A stretch of DNA of 64,000 bases from Camelus dromedarius. Taxonomy: Eukaryota. Position numbers and translations under genes: made by a program. Shown here one piece after another: positions 1 through 12,322 of the stretch (position 1 is the first letter of the stretch; each line of letters starts with the position of its first letter). The stretch spans positions 28,708,001-28,772,000 of the forward strand of contig NC_087436.1 in assembly GCF_036321535.1 (NCBI RefSeq), written 5' to 3'. Below the pieces are notes generated by a model. That model saw only the letters and a list, made by a program, of their open reading frames with translations, was not told the origin of the DNA and did no database searches.

Positions 1-949
1 CCCCTTCTGCTTTATCTATATCTTCTCTTACATACCTTCACCCAGCCTTAACACCTTTGCCCGGAAGTGTAAAACATTCATAAAAATAAAAGGATGAACT
101 ATTTAATATGCTTATTTCATTTTGAATCTCCTATGGCTATCCTTATTTCTCATTTCAAAACATTTCACAAGAGTTAATATATAAGAAATCTAGGCAAAAC
201 CTGATAAATATAATAGTTATTAATGAGAATTAACTATTTTCCCTCCAACATAAAAGCCTCCCTTAGCAGCCACTCTAATCATAATATCTTTGACTAGTAC
301 TTATTTATAATAACTTTCATATTTATCTTTTCACTCTCCAAAAAGTCTTAACATATAGAAGTTGTATTATTATCTGTTCTTTATTGAAGAAGAAAAGATT
401 AATGAATTTAAATTAATGTTCCAAGTTCACACAGATAAGTGTCATGTTCTTCTGATTAATATTTGTTTTCTGTACCAGAAAGAGAGAATATTGTAGACAT
501 TGTACCTAGTAGCTAGATGTCTGTAAAATAAATATTTATTTTTTCACTTTTTTGCCTGGATTGCTAGGAAAATCAGAGTAAGGCTAGCACTTTACTTATT
601 TGCAGTAACTGTCTTTAACCTAATTGCTTGCTGCTCTCTCTACCTTGGCTCTGATACTTTTAGTAAGACTCCTTAAAATTTCCCATTTTCTTTTTTTCTA
701 AAATAGTTGAGGATAGATTAATAAATGCACAAAATGATTCTTACCTAGTAATACTTCGCAAGACTCCAGTGCCTCAAGAGCAAACTTTTCCACAGTGCTG
801 TTAAGGCAGACTTTATTTAGTGGGAATTCCTCTGGCAACTTTCAACCACCCCTTGATCATGAGTCAGAAAGATGGATATGTCTTTTTTAAAGCTTCATTT
901 TAAATGTTTCTGTGAAGATTGGGGAGATATTGATGTGAAGGCAAGCAGA

Positions 950-1110
950 ATTAGAACGTCTCATCTGGAATTCTGGTTCAACTGCTTCTTTGCTGAATCA
1001 GCTTTAATGAAGCATTTAATCTCTCTCTTAAACTTAGTTCTTTCGTCTGTGAAATGGGCTATGAAATAATCACTATTACAGAGATGTTTTGTAAATATCA
1101 AATGAAAGCA
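950..1110 (+). mobile_element. MIR-family SINE fragment
   Basis: Degenerate MIR core: atttaatctctct...ttagttctttcgtctgtgaaatggg...ataat. Confidence 0.6.
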
Positions 1111-1353
1111 TTAGCAAAAGTATTATTTCAAATGCCATGTGTCACAAAGCATTTTTGTACTTTAAAGAGCTTAAGAGAATGAGAAATTTCTCCATTAAAT
1201 TGCTTTACTTAAACTACCTTTTAATTATATTTTGTTTTCATAAAGCAACGTGTATAATGTGAAACAGAAAACTGGTTAATCAGATATCAACATGCATTTA
1301 TTCCACTAGTAAGTTTCCAGGCGAGACAACGGGTATCTGGTGCGTGTGGTGGG

Positions 1354-1380
1354 GTGTGTGTGTCTGTGTGTGTGTGTGTG
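1354..1380. repeat. (GT)n microsatellite
   Basis: Directly visible, one interruption. Confidence 0.95.
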
Positions 1381-3614
1381 CATTCACACAGAGGCTAGGA
1401 GTGGGCAAAGATAAAGCACTTCTTAAAGTCCACACCCAGAGTAAGGACACTAAGCATTACTAACTCTGATTTTGTACTTTGTTACTTTGCTTCTGGTACT
1501 TGGTCTTATACGTCCTCAGTGGAATTTAAGCTGGATTAGTTAAATGATGTCTAAACTGTTACAGCTCTGATGTGATTTCCTTCTTGAGGAATTTGACTCC
1601 TGTTATATAGATTACTGTATTTTACAATGGGCATTAGAAAACCCACTACTGAACTTCATACTCTTAATTTACACCCACTCCACGTACTGTATGGTTTTAA
1701 CCGAATTTCTTTAGAAGGATTCCAGGAGTTGCTAGGAAACCTCTCTGTTCTTTTCACTTTTCATATAGCATTGGTGTTTCAAACAATAAGGCTGTACCTG
1801 TGGGTGCTGGACGATTTAAGTAGAATCAGTGACAGCAAGGCTATGGCATCGATAACCGCTCCTTCAAAGTGTCTTGTTCCTCATATAGATAATAAGGTAT
1901 AATATGTGTGGGGAAAGAACAATACATGTTTTCTTTAAATATGAAATATTTAGCAATATAAATATTTTAAAGTTTCAAGAAAAAAATATACATGTCTGCT
2001 CTTACCGTGTATATTTGGTTTTCTCTTCTATGTCTCCAGTGTTGCAAGGCAAATGACATTCAAGGTAAAGGTGACTAAAACCTTCTAAAGTTTTAAATTT
2101 ATATTCCTGTTGAAAATATCTGTCATTCTCATACTTCGTATATGAACCCTATTTATATTCTCTGGTACAGAATGATTTTCTGTTATTTTTAGGTTCCTGG
2201 TTTTTTTTTTAATAGATAATCTCAAAAATAGCAGGATGAACAGCCTTAATTCATCAAAGAACATTTAAGATAACAGGTCAATCTGGTGTTGTTACTTTTT
2301 AGCAGTTTTGATTATGTGATTTTTTTTTTTGCATTTCAAGGAACTGAACATAACACTTAGAAAAATATTTGAAATAAAACTCACATAAAGAAATAGTGAC
2401 AAAGGAGGTGATCGCTGCTATACCATTTGTGTTCTTCATAAGAATAGACAACAAACTTTTTTCTCATATTTTTCATTTTAAGAAAAGTAATACTTTTCCA
2501 TCTTGTTGGAGATATGAATGTATACATATACTAGATAGAAAAACTAGCTCAATCAGGACTATTTTTTAGAATAACATTTCATAATGACACCTTTTTCTTA
2601 AAGTACTGTGTTGGTTCTTTTCAATAGCTTCAGATGGCATTTTTAAAGGTTAACTGCAAAGAGCCTGTTGAATCTATTCCCGTTTCAAGTCTTTTTATTA
2701 TTTTCCCATGGATGTTTCAAAGTCTCTGTAACACTGCTGAAGCAGCTCATCTGTGATTACACTGCGGTGAGCTGTGTGTCAACTCATTATCCCAAACAAT
2801 AGTTAATACTGCAATTCTAAAGCACATTGTATTGCGTGACTATGGACTTAAAGAAAATATTTATCTGCTTTTAAATACGCAGACACTAGTACTGTCTTCT
2901 TACTTAAGGAAACATTTTCTTTGAAAGGTAGATTTAATTGTATAACGGTTTGGTCAATGTTCTGACTTTCTTGTGTCTAAGATCTGCATTTCAATCATAA
3001 TATTGCATCCTGAACAATGAAATGCGCACAGTTAAATTAATCGTTTAGATGTTGGGATACAATGGAAAGCAAAAATTCTATTCCATTGGAATATTCCTAA
3101 TGGAAAGCAAAAATCCCCAGAAATCAAAAATGAAACAAGTTAATACCTCAGGTGATTATATAGCCTATTTTAATTGGTTTATTTTAAGGATATGAGAAGA
3201 AACCTAGAAAAATGTGTAATTATTTTCAGTTATTTATGAAATTATTTCAGCTTAATGGGATACTAACAAATTCAAAAGCTTTTGCAGATACTAATATACA
3301 GCCCATTAAATTCTTTAAAAAAATTTGTGCAAGCTATGAGTCAAAAGCATTGGTTATCCACAATGACTAAAATGAAGATATATGGACTCTGTTATACTAT
3401 TGATCTCTTTTCTAAAGATTTGGAGACCATTACAATCGTAGTTTCATGTATGAGCACATAAAACACCTAAGTGGTCTGGCATAAAATAGGAATTACTTAT
3501 TTGAAAATTTAAACACTAACTCTTAATGTAAAAACTTTTTGGCTATGAGATTTAAAAATATGTTGCTTAAGTTTTCTGCATTAGTAAACAAGACAAGACA
3601 ATATAAAAAATTAA

Positions 3615-3810
3615 GTTAAGACCATCTGGCTTTATGTACTGCTTAACCCTTGCTTGGTGGCCTTTAACAAGTTACTCTCTGTGCCTCATTGCCCTTACCT
3701 ACAAAGTAGAGATAATAATTATAAATATCTTACAGAGTCACTCTGAAGATTAAGTAAGTAAATATTTTTTAAATGCTTGGAATAGAGCCCAGCACACAGG
3801 AAGTATATAA
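3615..3810 (+). mobile_element. MIR SINE
   Basis: caagttactctctgtgcctcatt...gaagattaagtaag...tgcttggaatagagcccagcacac follows the MIR consensus order. Confidence 0.75.
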
Positions 3811-3899
3811 GGGCTTATTAAATTTTAAAAAGGTTTAAAATAAATAAAGACATATATTCTGGATTAAAAAGCTGTTATAATCAAGATAAAAGAGAATTA

Positions 3900-4620
3900 T
3901 AACTCGGGTAGGAATGTTGGTGGTGCAGATGAAAATAAACAGTTATTTTGAAAAGACATTAGGAAGCTTTTGGGTCTGAAGGGTAAATATTATGCTTATA
4001 ACCATAACCCTACGGATGGTGGAAACATCCACAGATATACATTGTTGGAAATAAAATTGGCCTGGAGGTGACTATCTTGTCCTCAGATTTATGTGTGCCA
4101 CATTTGAGTTAACATTAAAGACTAGAAATATGTCCTGCAAGCTACTGAATGCACAGCTCTAAGAACTCAGAACAAAGAAGTCTGTAATGAAGATGTGAAT
4201 TTGGGATTCATCTTTTTATGTGGCCATCATTGCAGCTATCAACATGGAAGAGATCGCCTAAGGAAAAAAGAGAGAGAGAGAAGAGTGCCTAGAACCAACC
4301 ACAGAAAACTTGCAACACATAATGTTAACAAAACGCAGTATAATCATTCATACAAGAAGAGATGACCAAATATATGTAAGGCAACTGGAGATTGTTGTGA
4401 TTTAGAACTAAATGAAGAGAGGGTTTCAAGAAGCAGCTCAACAACATCCAGTGATTCTGAAATGATTATGACATGGAAATGAAAATGTCCATTAAATTTA
4501 GTCACGTGAAGATAATTGGAAACATAATCAAGTCATTATTCTTTTTGAGGAGCAGGAGTAGAAGCCAGCATTACATTTGGCGCCAGAGGGAATGAGCATC
4601 GGAAACAGACATGGTGAGCC
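3900..4620 (-). mobile_element. L2 LINE fragment
   Basis: Purine-rich antisense L2 motifs (gatgtgaatttgggattcatc; gaagagagggtttcaagaag; gaaaatgtccattaaatttag). Confidence 0.65.
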
Positions 4621-5237
4621 TCAAATATTTGTTCGAAGCGTTTGGCTTCTAACCCATGTATCATAGCTCTACTTGATATAGCATTCCAGAGAGGGCAGTA
4701 TAGATCAAAATAATCAATATCTGGAATCTGATTTTTTTTTTTAATTCCATATCTTCGTTATCCTTAATTGGTCAATTTTGTAGACTAGATGATAGGTAAG
4801 TACATTGCCTGCTTCCTTTCCTGAAAATAAATTAATGAATCAAAGTTTACTTAACTATATTCAAAATTAGTTCTTTTCTCTCCAAAATATTTTTTCCATA
4901 ATCTTCATCCATTTTATTTAAATCATTGCTAAGTTATCAACATCAGTAATACCTAATTCTACTCCTAGCCTGGCCCATAATTGGGCTAAGTTTAATAAAA
5001 AGATCATAAGAACAAATAGCTCATGCTTTGAAGAAATGCTACTGAGTATTTTATGTATCGTACCTCAGAGTGTGTAAATTTATCTTTATTATGCTTCTGC
5101 CCAAAGAAGATGGTTTATCACTTTTTCCAAATACTTATAATTTGTATGGTAAAACTGAACTTTTAATTCTATGATAATATTGTTAAGTCCTATAAACGCC
5201 AAGCATTAAGAAATCTCTTTTAATAATACAACCTGAA

Positions 5238-5324
5238 CTGAAAAATTGTGCTTTACACTGGAATGTGAGACAACATTGTAAAATGACTATAATTCAATAA
5301 AAAATTTTTTAAATAAATAAATAA
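5238..5324 (+). mobile_element. Very short young L1 3' end with 16-bp TSD
   Basis: Matches the L1 3' terminus at ~44365-44430; perfect direct repeat AATAATACAACCTGAA at 5222-5237 and 5325-5340. Confidence 0.9.
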
Positions 5325-5689
5325 AATAATACAACCTGAATAGCACCTTTTTTTGCCACATAGTTGAATCAGTGAGGTAATAACCGCTGGCATGTAGACA
5401 GATAATTTTATCAGACATCTAGTTATCTTGAAAATAAATTTATTAATACCTAGAAATATTTTTACTTTCACAGAATTTTGTAATTTTACTTGAAACCTAG
5501 AGTTTTCTTGTGAAGACACCTTACTTAGCCATTCTTCACAGGTGTCTGATACCATGCCTCCTCCCACATCAAAGCTGATTACCCAGAATACAGTTTAGCA
5601 AGCAGTGGAATCCACACATCAAGATGTCGCTCAATTTCTTATACACTGGAGAGGATACGGAGAAAAGGGAACCTAAGCACTTCTAAATA

Positions 5690-6391
5690 TAGATCTTCCT
5701 TGACTTATGATGGGGTTATATTCTGATAAACCCATTGTGATTTGAAAATATTATTAAGTCAAAAATGCATGTATGAAGAGATTGGGATTAACAGATACAC
5801 ATTGCTATATATAAAATAGGAACAGCAAAGACGTACTGTGTAGCACTATATTCAATTCCTTGTAATGAGCTGTAATGGAAAAGAAACTGAAAAATATATA
5901 TGTATGTATGAATGTGTATAACTGAATCGCTTTGCTGTACATCTGAAACTAACATTGTAAACTGACTACTTCAATAAAAAAATAAGAAAAAATGCATGTG
6001 AAGCATCATAATTTAGCTTAGCCTACCTTAAACATGCTCAGACACTTACCTTAGCCTACAGTTGTACAAAATCCTCTAACACAAAGCCTGTTTTATAACA
6101 AAGCATTGACTATGTCATTTAGTGTATTAAGTACTGTACTGAAAGGACAAACAGAATGGTTGTCAGCATCTGGGTTCTTTATCATGACAGTGATCACGTG
6201 GCTGGCTGGGAGCTGTGGCCCTCTGCCACTACCCAGCATCACAAGAGAGAATTATACCACATATCTGAAGCCTGGGAAAAGATTGAAATTCAAAATTTGA
6301 AGTACAGTTTCTACTGAACATGTGTGGCTTTGGCACCCTCATAAAATTGAAAAATCACAAGTCGAACTGTCCTTAAGTCTGGCACCGTCTG
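5690..6391 (+). mobile_element. TcMar-Tigger MITE (MER47B/Tigger5-like) interrupted by an L1
   Basis: Termini tagatcttccttgacttatgatgg ... taagtctggcaccgtctg, flanking TA at 5688-5689 and 6392-6393; internal gcttagcctaccttaaacatgctcaga. Confidence 0.85.
5773..5987 (+). mobile_element. L1 3' UTR fragment (cetartiodactyl type) nested in the Tigger MITE
   Basis: gagattgggattaacagatacac...gctgtacatctgaaactaacattgtaa...tcaataaaa; TSD AAAAATGCATGT at 5761-5772 and 5988-5999. Confidence 0.9.
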
Positions 6392-6664
6392 TATTGGAAA
6401 TCTCTTCGCTCTGTTTCTTTAGTGCTGTTTTAGTGGGGGAAATGCCTTTTCTCTCTGCATGTAATTCAAAAACGTAAAGTCCATACAGGCTCATGATCAT
6501 GATTGTAAGTCTTTTTCATCTTGAAGGTCAATGAAAGAAGTATAAGGGATCTCCTGTTTTGGGAGTCAAGGCAGAAGTATCACATATAGCCTAACCTTGC
6601 TTTTCCTTTTAAGTGACTGTTTCTTAAAGCATTTCATGAAAGAACAGGTGCTACCATGATTGTA

Positions 6665-6850
6665 GTGTCACTTATTAGCTGCGTGACCTTGGAGAGTTAC
6701 TTACATCTTGAAGCCTCAAATACCTCATCAGGGAAATAGGGATATTAATGGTACTAACCCAACACTATTAGTGTTTTGTAGGGGATTAAATGAATTACTA
6801 AATGTCAAGTATTTAGATTAATGTCTGTAATATAAATTTTCTAGTACATT
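6665..6850 (+). mobile_element. MIR SINE
   Basis: cacttattagctgcgtgaccttggagagttactt...gcctca...ggattaaatgaa. Confidence 0.8.
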
Positions 6851-7322
6851 CTAGGGTTTCATGTTTTTATTATTATTGCTGCTTTTGTTGTAAGAAAAGT
6901 TGTTCACACTCTATTGTTTAGCATAAAAAAGATTCTGGAGAACCAGTTGGGAATTGTTACATTGCAGACAATAAAAGAAAGGGACTTAATTATTCTTACT
7001 ACAAAGACTATTGCATCATTGACAACTGCTACTATTTTATGATAATAATTATGATAATAGTAATAATTATTATTATGGCTTATATTCTTAAAGTACCAAA
7101 AATCCATGTTAGTAAATGACAGAGCCAGGATATTAATTCTAAATATTTTACTCCAAAATTAGAATTCTTATTTGCTAAAATATATTGCAATAAGAATGAG
7201 TTAGGGCATAAAAATTGACTCAAAATATTTTAGAAGATAAATTTAACAGGGCTTAGGTTCTTCATGTAAGACAGAGATGAGGTAAATGAACCTGCAGATT
7301 CTGGCCTTTAGAAGACAAATTC

Positions 7323-7380
7323 CTTTTTTTTTTTTAATTGAGGTATATGGTCCATTTACAATGCTGTATTAATTTCTGAT
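7323..7380 (-). mobile_element. L1 3' tail fragment
   Basis: Poly(T) followed by aattgaggtata...tttacaatgctgtattaatttctg, antisense of the L1 terminus. Confidence 0.7.
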
Positions 7381-7889
7381 GGACCAATTACTTTTTTTCA
7401 TCTCACATTTTTGATAGATACAGGCTCATCTCTATTTCTTACTGGCTTTATTGTCCTATACTTTTAATTCAGGTGATGCTTTCTGCTGGTCATTGAAAAT
7501 TCCTTGACTGGCTTCTATTCTATTTTTCAGTATCATTTCCATCAAGTCCCTGACTATTTGCTCCATATTTCATCTGTAATACAACATTTGGAAATTCAAA
7601 TGTCAATTTGTTTTTGTTCTTAGTTCCCTGATAGTAAATTTATTTTGAGCAGTGCTATTAGCTCTTTCCATTTTAAGCTAACTTCAATAATATATCAAAT
7701 TTTACTAGTAACCTTGTTTTCTTTCACTGAGAAGCAATAGAAGCATTCAGAAGATTGTATCTGCATCTTCCCAGCACCAAATCTACCATGATAACCCAAT
7801 TCCCTCTTGAAAGCTTCACTTGATGAACTGTCCTATCCCATCTACCCCATTCTCCGACTCTGGCATCCTCTTTCACCTCCTCCACCGTC

Positions 7890-8371
7890 TTTGGAAGGCA
7901 GAATAATGGTTCCCCATACATGTCCATTTCCTACTCCCTGGAACTTGTGGATAGGTTTTCTTACATGGAAAAAGGGAATTTCACAGAGATGATTAGGTTA
8001 TGTATTTTATGATGAGAACATTACCCTGAATTATCTGGGTGGTCCCTATGTAATCAAAGGAGTACTAAAAAGATGCAAGAGGGAGGCAGAAGGAGCAGAA
8101 AAGGAGATACAGGTATGGAAGCAGAGGCACTGAAGACAGAGAAAGGGTCTAGAAGGGGAGGAATGCAGGCGGCCTTAGAAACTGGGAATGACAGGAAAGA
8201 GATTCTGCCCCAGAGCCTCTGGAAGGAGTGCAGCCCTGCTGACACCTTAATGTTAGCCCGGTGAAACCCCTTCTGGACTTCTGACCTCCCAAACTGTAAC
8301 ATAACACTTTTTTTTTTTGATGCCACTGGGTTTGTGGTGATTTGTTGCAGCAGCAATAAGAAACCCATACA
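7890..8371 (+). mobile_element. MaLR solo LTR (MLT1D-like)
   Basis: Starts ggaaggcagaataatgg, contains gcagccctgctgacacctt and ggacttctgacctcc, ends gcagcaataagaaacccataca. Confidence 0.9.
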
Positions 8372-8374
8372 ACC

Positions 8375-8490
8375 TCCATCCTCTCTGGAACCCACTCCTG
8401 TCAGGGTTTCCTCTTCACAACTGGAGAGAAAACACTCATCTCGAGGTAATCAACATCACTGTGGCCCACCTTTCAGCAGTCTTTGACATC
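8375..8490 (+). mobile_element. L2 fragment (upstream part of the 9185-10430 L2)
   Basis: aacccactcctgtcagggtttc...ctttcagcagtctttgaca resembles L2 ORF2 and is collinear with sequence resuming at ~9185. Confidence 0.55.
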
Positions 8491-9184
8491 AAGGTTTGTT
8501 TCCAGATATTTTAAAATATTTCTGATAGCTCGTATTCTTTGGAACTGCTGATTCTGTGTGATATCATTGAGGTCTGTTTCTAAAATGTGTTCTTTGAGAA
8601 AAGATAACTGTGAGTTGTTTCCGCCAGCCATTTGCCTAAAGCCTGATGGTATAACACCCCTATGAAAAATTGTTAACGTCAATTCTCAACTTTCCAGGAC
8701 ACAAAGAATTCGACACCAGTTGAGTGACTACTGGGGTACAACTAGGATTTATCAAAGGAGGCTCCATTATTACCCCTGCTTTTGCCTAAGACAAGGCTGA
8801 GACAGGAAAGTCTTCTTTTGAGAGGCTTTTTTCCCCTGAGTTCAACCATTGGGGTCTTGACTATCTAGAGATCTCTGATCCCATTTTCCACTCATTCTAC
8901 ATTTTTACTTCCTCTACTTAGAATGCTCTTCAAGACCAGGCTCCAGGCCACCAGGGATCAGAAGAATATTTTGAAGAAAAGCACCAGTTCCAGTGTTAGC
9001 TTATGTTTGTGGAATGCAGCTTTTTTGTCATTTCTGGCATCTGGTTGTTTCCCTAACATTACCACCTGCTCTGTTTTGCCTTGAAAACAATTTTGTTTAA
9101 AATAGTATGTCCATCACTTACAAGAATGTGCACTGAGAGGATTTTCTCTGTACCTCTAGTGTGCCATCTCCTGGAAGCAGAAAA

Positions 9185-10430
9185 CCCCTACTTCTTTAAA
9201 CATTTATACACTTGGCTCTAGAGACATCTCATGCTTTGATTTTCTTCCTATTGCATTTGTTGTTCCTTCTCCATTTCTTCCGCTGCCTTCTCTAAGCCTT
9301 TTCAATTACTTGAAGTTGTTATAAACTAGGGCTCAACACGAGGGCATCTATTTTTCTCTGAACACACCCACTCTTTTTCTTTTATGTAATCTTTATTATA
9401 TTGATAATCTTGAAGTCTTCAGACCAGAGATTGTCACTAAGTTCTTAATTCTAATAGAGAACTACCTGTTCAACAAACATATTTGGGTAACTGATAGGTA
9501 TCTCAAAATTAGTATGTCCAAAATAAAGACATAATTCCCTTCCCCAAACTGTCTTCACCAAACCTCAGAGTTTACTTTCTCAACAGCATTGCTGCCATTC
9601 TCTCTGTTGCTCAGGGGAAGATATATCATTGACGCTTCTTTTCCCCCCTCTTATGCTACATAAAATTTATTATCAAGATCTCCAGTCTGGCCACTCTTTA
9701 CCACCATATGCTGCCCTGACCTACCCAATTCAGCCATCATCTTCTCTCACTTGGTTTAGTGTAGCACCTTGTATTATCTTCCTGGGCCAACACAGTTGCC
9801 CAGAGCTTGACTGCATAGCTATCCCATAAACATGTTAACATAAACATTCAACTTGAGATTTTTATTAACTTCATACATAAATAAGCTCATGGCACCCCCG
9901 TCCTGCCCCAATTTTTTCAATAGCTTTCATCACACTTAGAATAAGACTCAAACATTCACAAGTCCTGGAAGGACATCTAAACCCATCTTTGATCACCACT
10001 CTCCTCCTCACTCAGCTCTAGCACCACTTACTTTTCAGTTATTCCTCAAATATGCCAAGCTCTTACTCCCCGAAAGATTTTTGTACTTCCTGGCCTCTCT
10101 CCCTGGGATACTCATTCCTCTGTTAACATCCATCTCTCATTTACTTACCATCTTCTGTTGCCTCCTTAAATGTTCCTTCTTCAGAGAAGTGTTCCTGGCA
10201 GCATTACTCATCATGGCATCCCTCACCATCTGCTTCTGACCCCACATTCTGGTCTGTTACAGAGTTTATCTCCACATGAATTTGCATTGTTTATTTTCAG
10301 CTAGAATTTTACCTCCATTAAGACAGGGAGTTTGTCTTGCTCGTCATGTTGTCCTTAGAGTATAGAACTATGCCTGTCACTGAGAGATTGCTCAACAAAT
10401 AGATTTGAATGAATTAATTAATAAATGAAT
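9185..10430 (+). mobile_element. L2 LINE 3' region
   Basis: Pyrimidine-rich L2 motifs (ggtatctcaaaattagtatgtccaaaa; cacacttagaataa) and typical 3' end tgcctgtcac...gctcaacaaatagatttgaatgaat. Confidence 0.85.
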
Positions 10431-12026
10431 AATAAGTTAATTATTGAATGATTCTGGCTTATTGCATGCAAGAAGCTAGAAATAATGTTTGGTAACCAGA
10501 AGTAGCTTGGCTCATTAACTGGAATCTGAGGGGAGTTTAGTATACTTTACATGATGTGTATCAAAAGATTTAACAAAAATAATCTAGACCTGCCTCAAGT
10601 AGGGTCTCAATGTGTTAGGCAATCTGAAGGGGAAATAAATAAAATTATAGCATTTACAGTCCCTCTAAGAAAGTGGCTTGTCCTCCTTAAATCCTGTTGA
10701 AAAGCATGAACTTTTCCTGGGAATAACTCCCATGAAGTCTCTTAAAAGTACTGAGATAATTACTGAACTTACTGAAATTGAATCCTCTAAGTAATCCTCC
10801 TAGGGAGGAAGAGAGAGAGTAAAGCCTTTGAGAATAACATCTCATGGTGGAGATGGGCCCAGAGAGGGCGTGCAGTGAGCTGAGATTGTGCTGCACTGAA
10901 GATCCCCTTCCTAACTCAGCAATCATCCACCCTCAGTGTGTCTCTGTACTTCTTCTTTGTGACATGTTAAACATAATTCCTGAAATCAAGAATAAAAACC
11001 TGCTTAAATTTAAAACTAGAAAATTCGTGACATGTTACAGGGACATTCTGCTACATTAAAGCACATTTGGGTATGACAAGAATGGAATCTGCAAGAGAGC
11101 AAAAAGGAAGATTATGTCTAACGTCAAGAAATTTCAGGTACCTTTGGAGCAGCAAATATTGATAGATCTCTGGGTGAAAAAACCTTTGTAACATGGTAGC
11201 ACTTCTATAAGGAAGGGAGATACATTCTATTGACTATTTTTCATCAAAATACCATTACCAACAATATAAATAGTAAAATTAAGTGACTCTAAGATGACGT
11301 TTGAGTTTGGGGTGTTTTTTCTGCCTCATCACACTAGGGTGCCACCACCTCTGCCCTTGCAGGGATTTGGGCTGCAGCCATCGTGGGGATGTAATCAGTC
11401 TCCAAGAGCATCTCAACTCCATGACATCCAGAGAAAAACCCAATTATGATTAACCCAATACCACTATACCCTGTGCCTATTCAAAGGTTATGTTGTAATA
11501 AAATTTGCAGTAAGAATCAGAATTCGTGTGACGTGGCCCTAACTGGATAACACTTCCTAGCATTGTGGCAGTAGACAAGTCACGACTCAAACGGTTAACC
11601 CATTTGTACATCCAGCCTATCTACAAAGAATTTTCAAGTGTAATGTCACACAAGTGAAACTGCTTTAATGTCCTTAAAACATTATTTCAACGCAAAGTGC
11701 TCTGCTGAAATCACAGCATCCCAGGACTCCTAAACAACCACCAGGCCGTTATGAGGAGTTTAAAGCATTCTTCAGACTCTTTGTGTCCAAACAAATATAA
11801 GAAAGTTTTGGTTCCCATAAGTTCAGTATTATGTGCTTTCTGCTATTAAATAATCGGAAACATTTAACTGAAGTTACTAACAGAAAAAGTGTTTATTCCT
11901 TTTAAAATTCCCTCTAGTTACACTTTGCTTGCCATTTAACTAGCAGTTTTTAGGTAGGCTTTTAGTTGCATGTAATAGTAAGGAAAAAAATCCTGAATGG
12001 AGTTTGCCAGACCCACTGTCTGTTTA

Positions 12027-12322
12027 TGTAAAGAACATGCTCTTGGTTTTAGCAGGAGAAATTCACACTGGCTTCTTAACCATAATGAAAATATAAGGTA
12101 GATCTGCTCATCTGGAAACCCACAGTCAGGCGGAGAGAGCTGCCTGCCGGGTGACGGACAGAAAGTCTTTCCCGGCCCCAGCACCCCCGCCTCCCTCTGG
12201 GCCGGCAGTGGAAGGGGCAGATCTCATAGAAGGACGTAGACCCAAAGAAAGAAAGATGTCTGAGCCCCCAGAGCCCCATAGAGCTCCCCCTTTGCTGGGT
12301 GTATGCTGAAGCTTTCTATACA
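12027..12322 (-). mobile_element. Possible old MaLR/ERVL-type LTR, locally GC-rich
   Basis: Minus strand runs TGTATAG...TTTACA; the end (cctgctaaaaccaagagcatgttctttaca) loosely resembles MLT1 3' ends. Confidence 0.4.

Noticed and set aside
2040..2064. Plus-strand 25-nt microexon (ctccag|...AAG|gtaaag)
   Set aside because: Not a multiple of three, no partner exons found, and it overlaps the minus-strand candidate
5253..5567. 104-aa ORF
   Set aside because: Non-ATG start and runs into the L1 tail insertion
8054..8395. 113-aa ORF and overlapping ORFs
   Set aside because: Lie within the MLT1 LTR; chance frames
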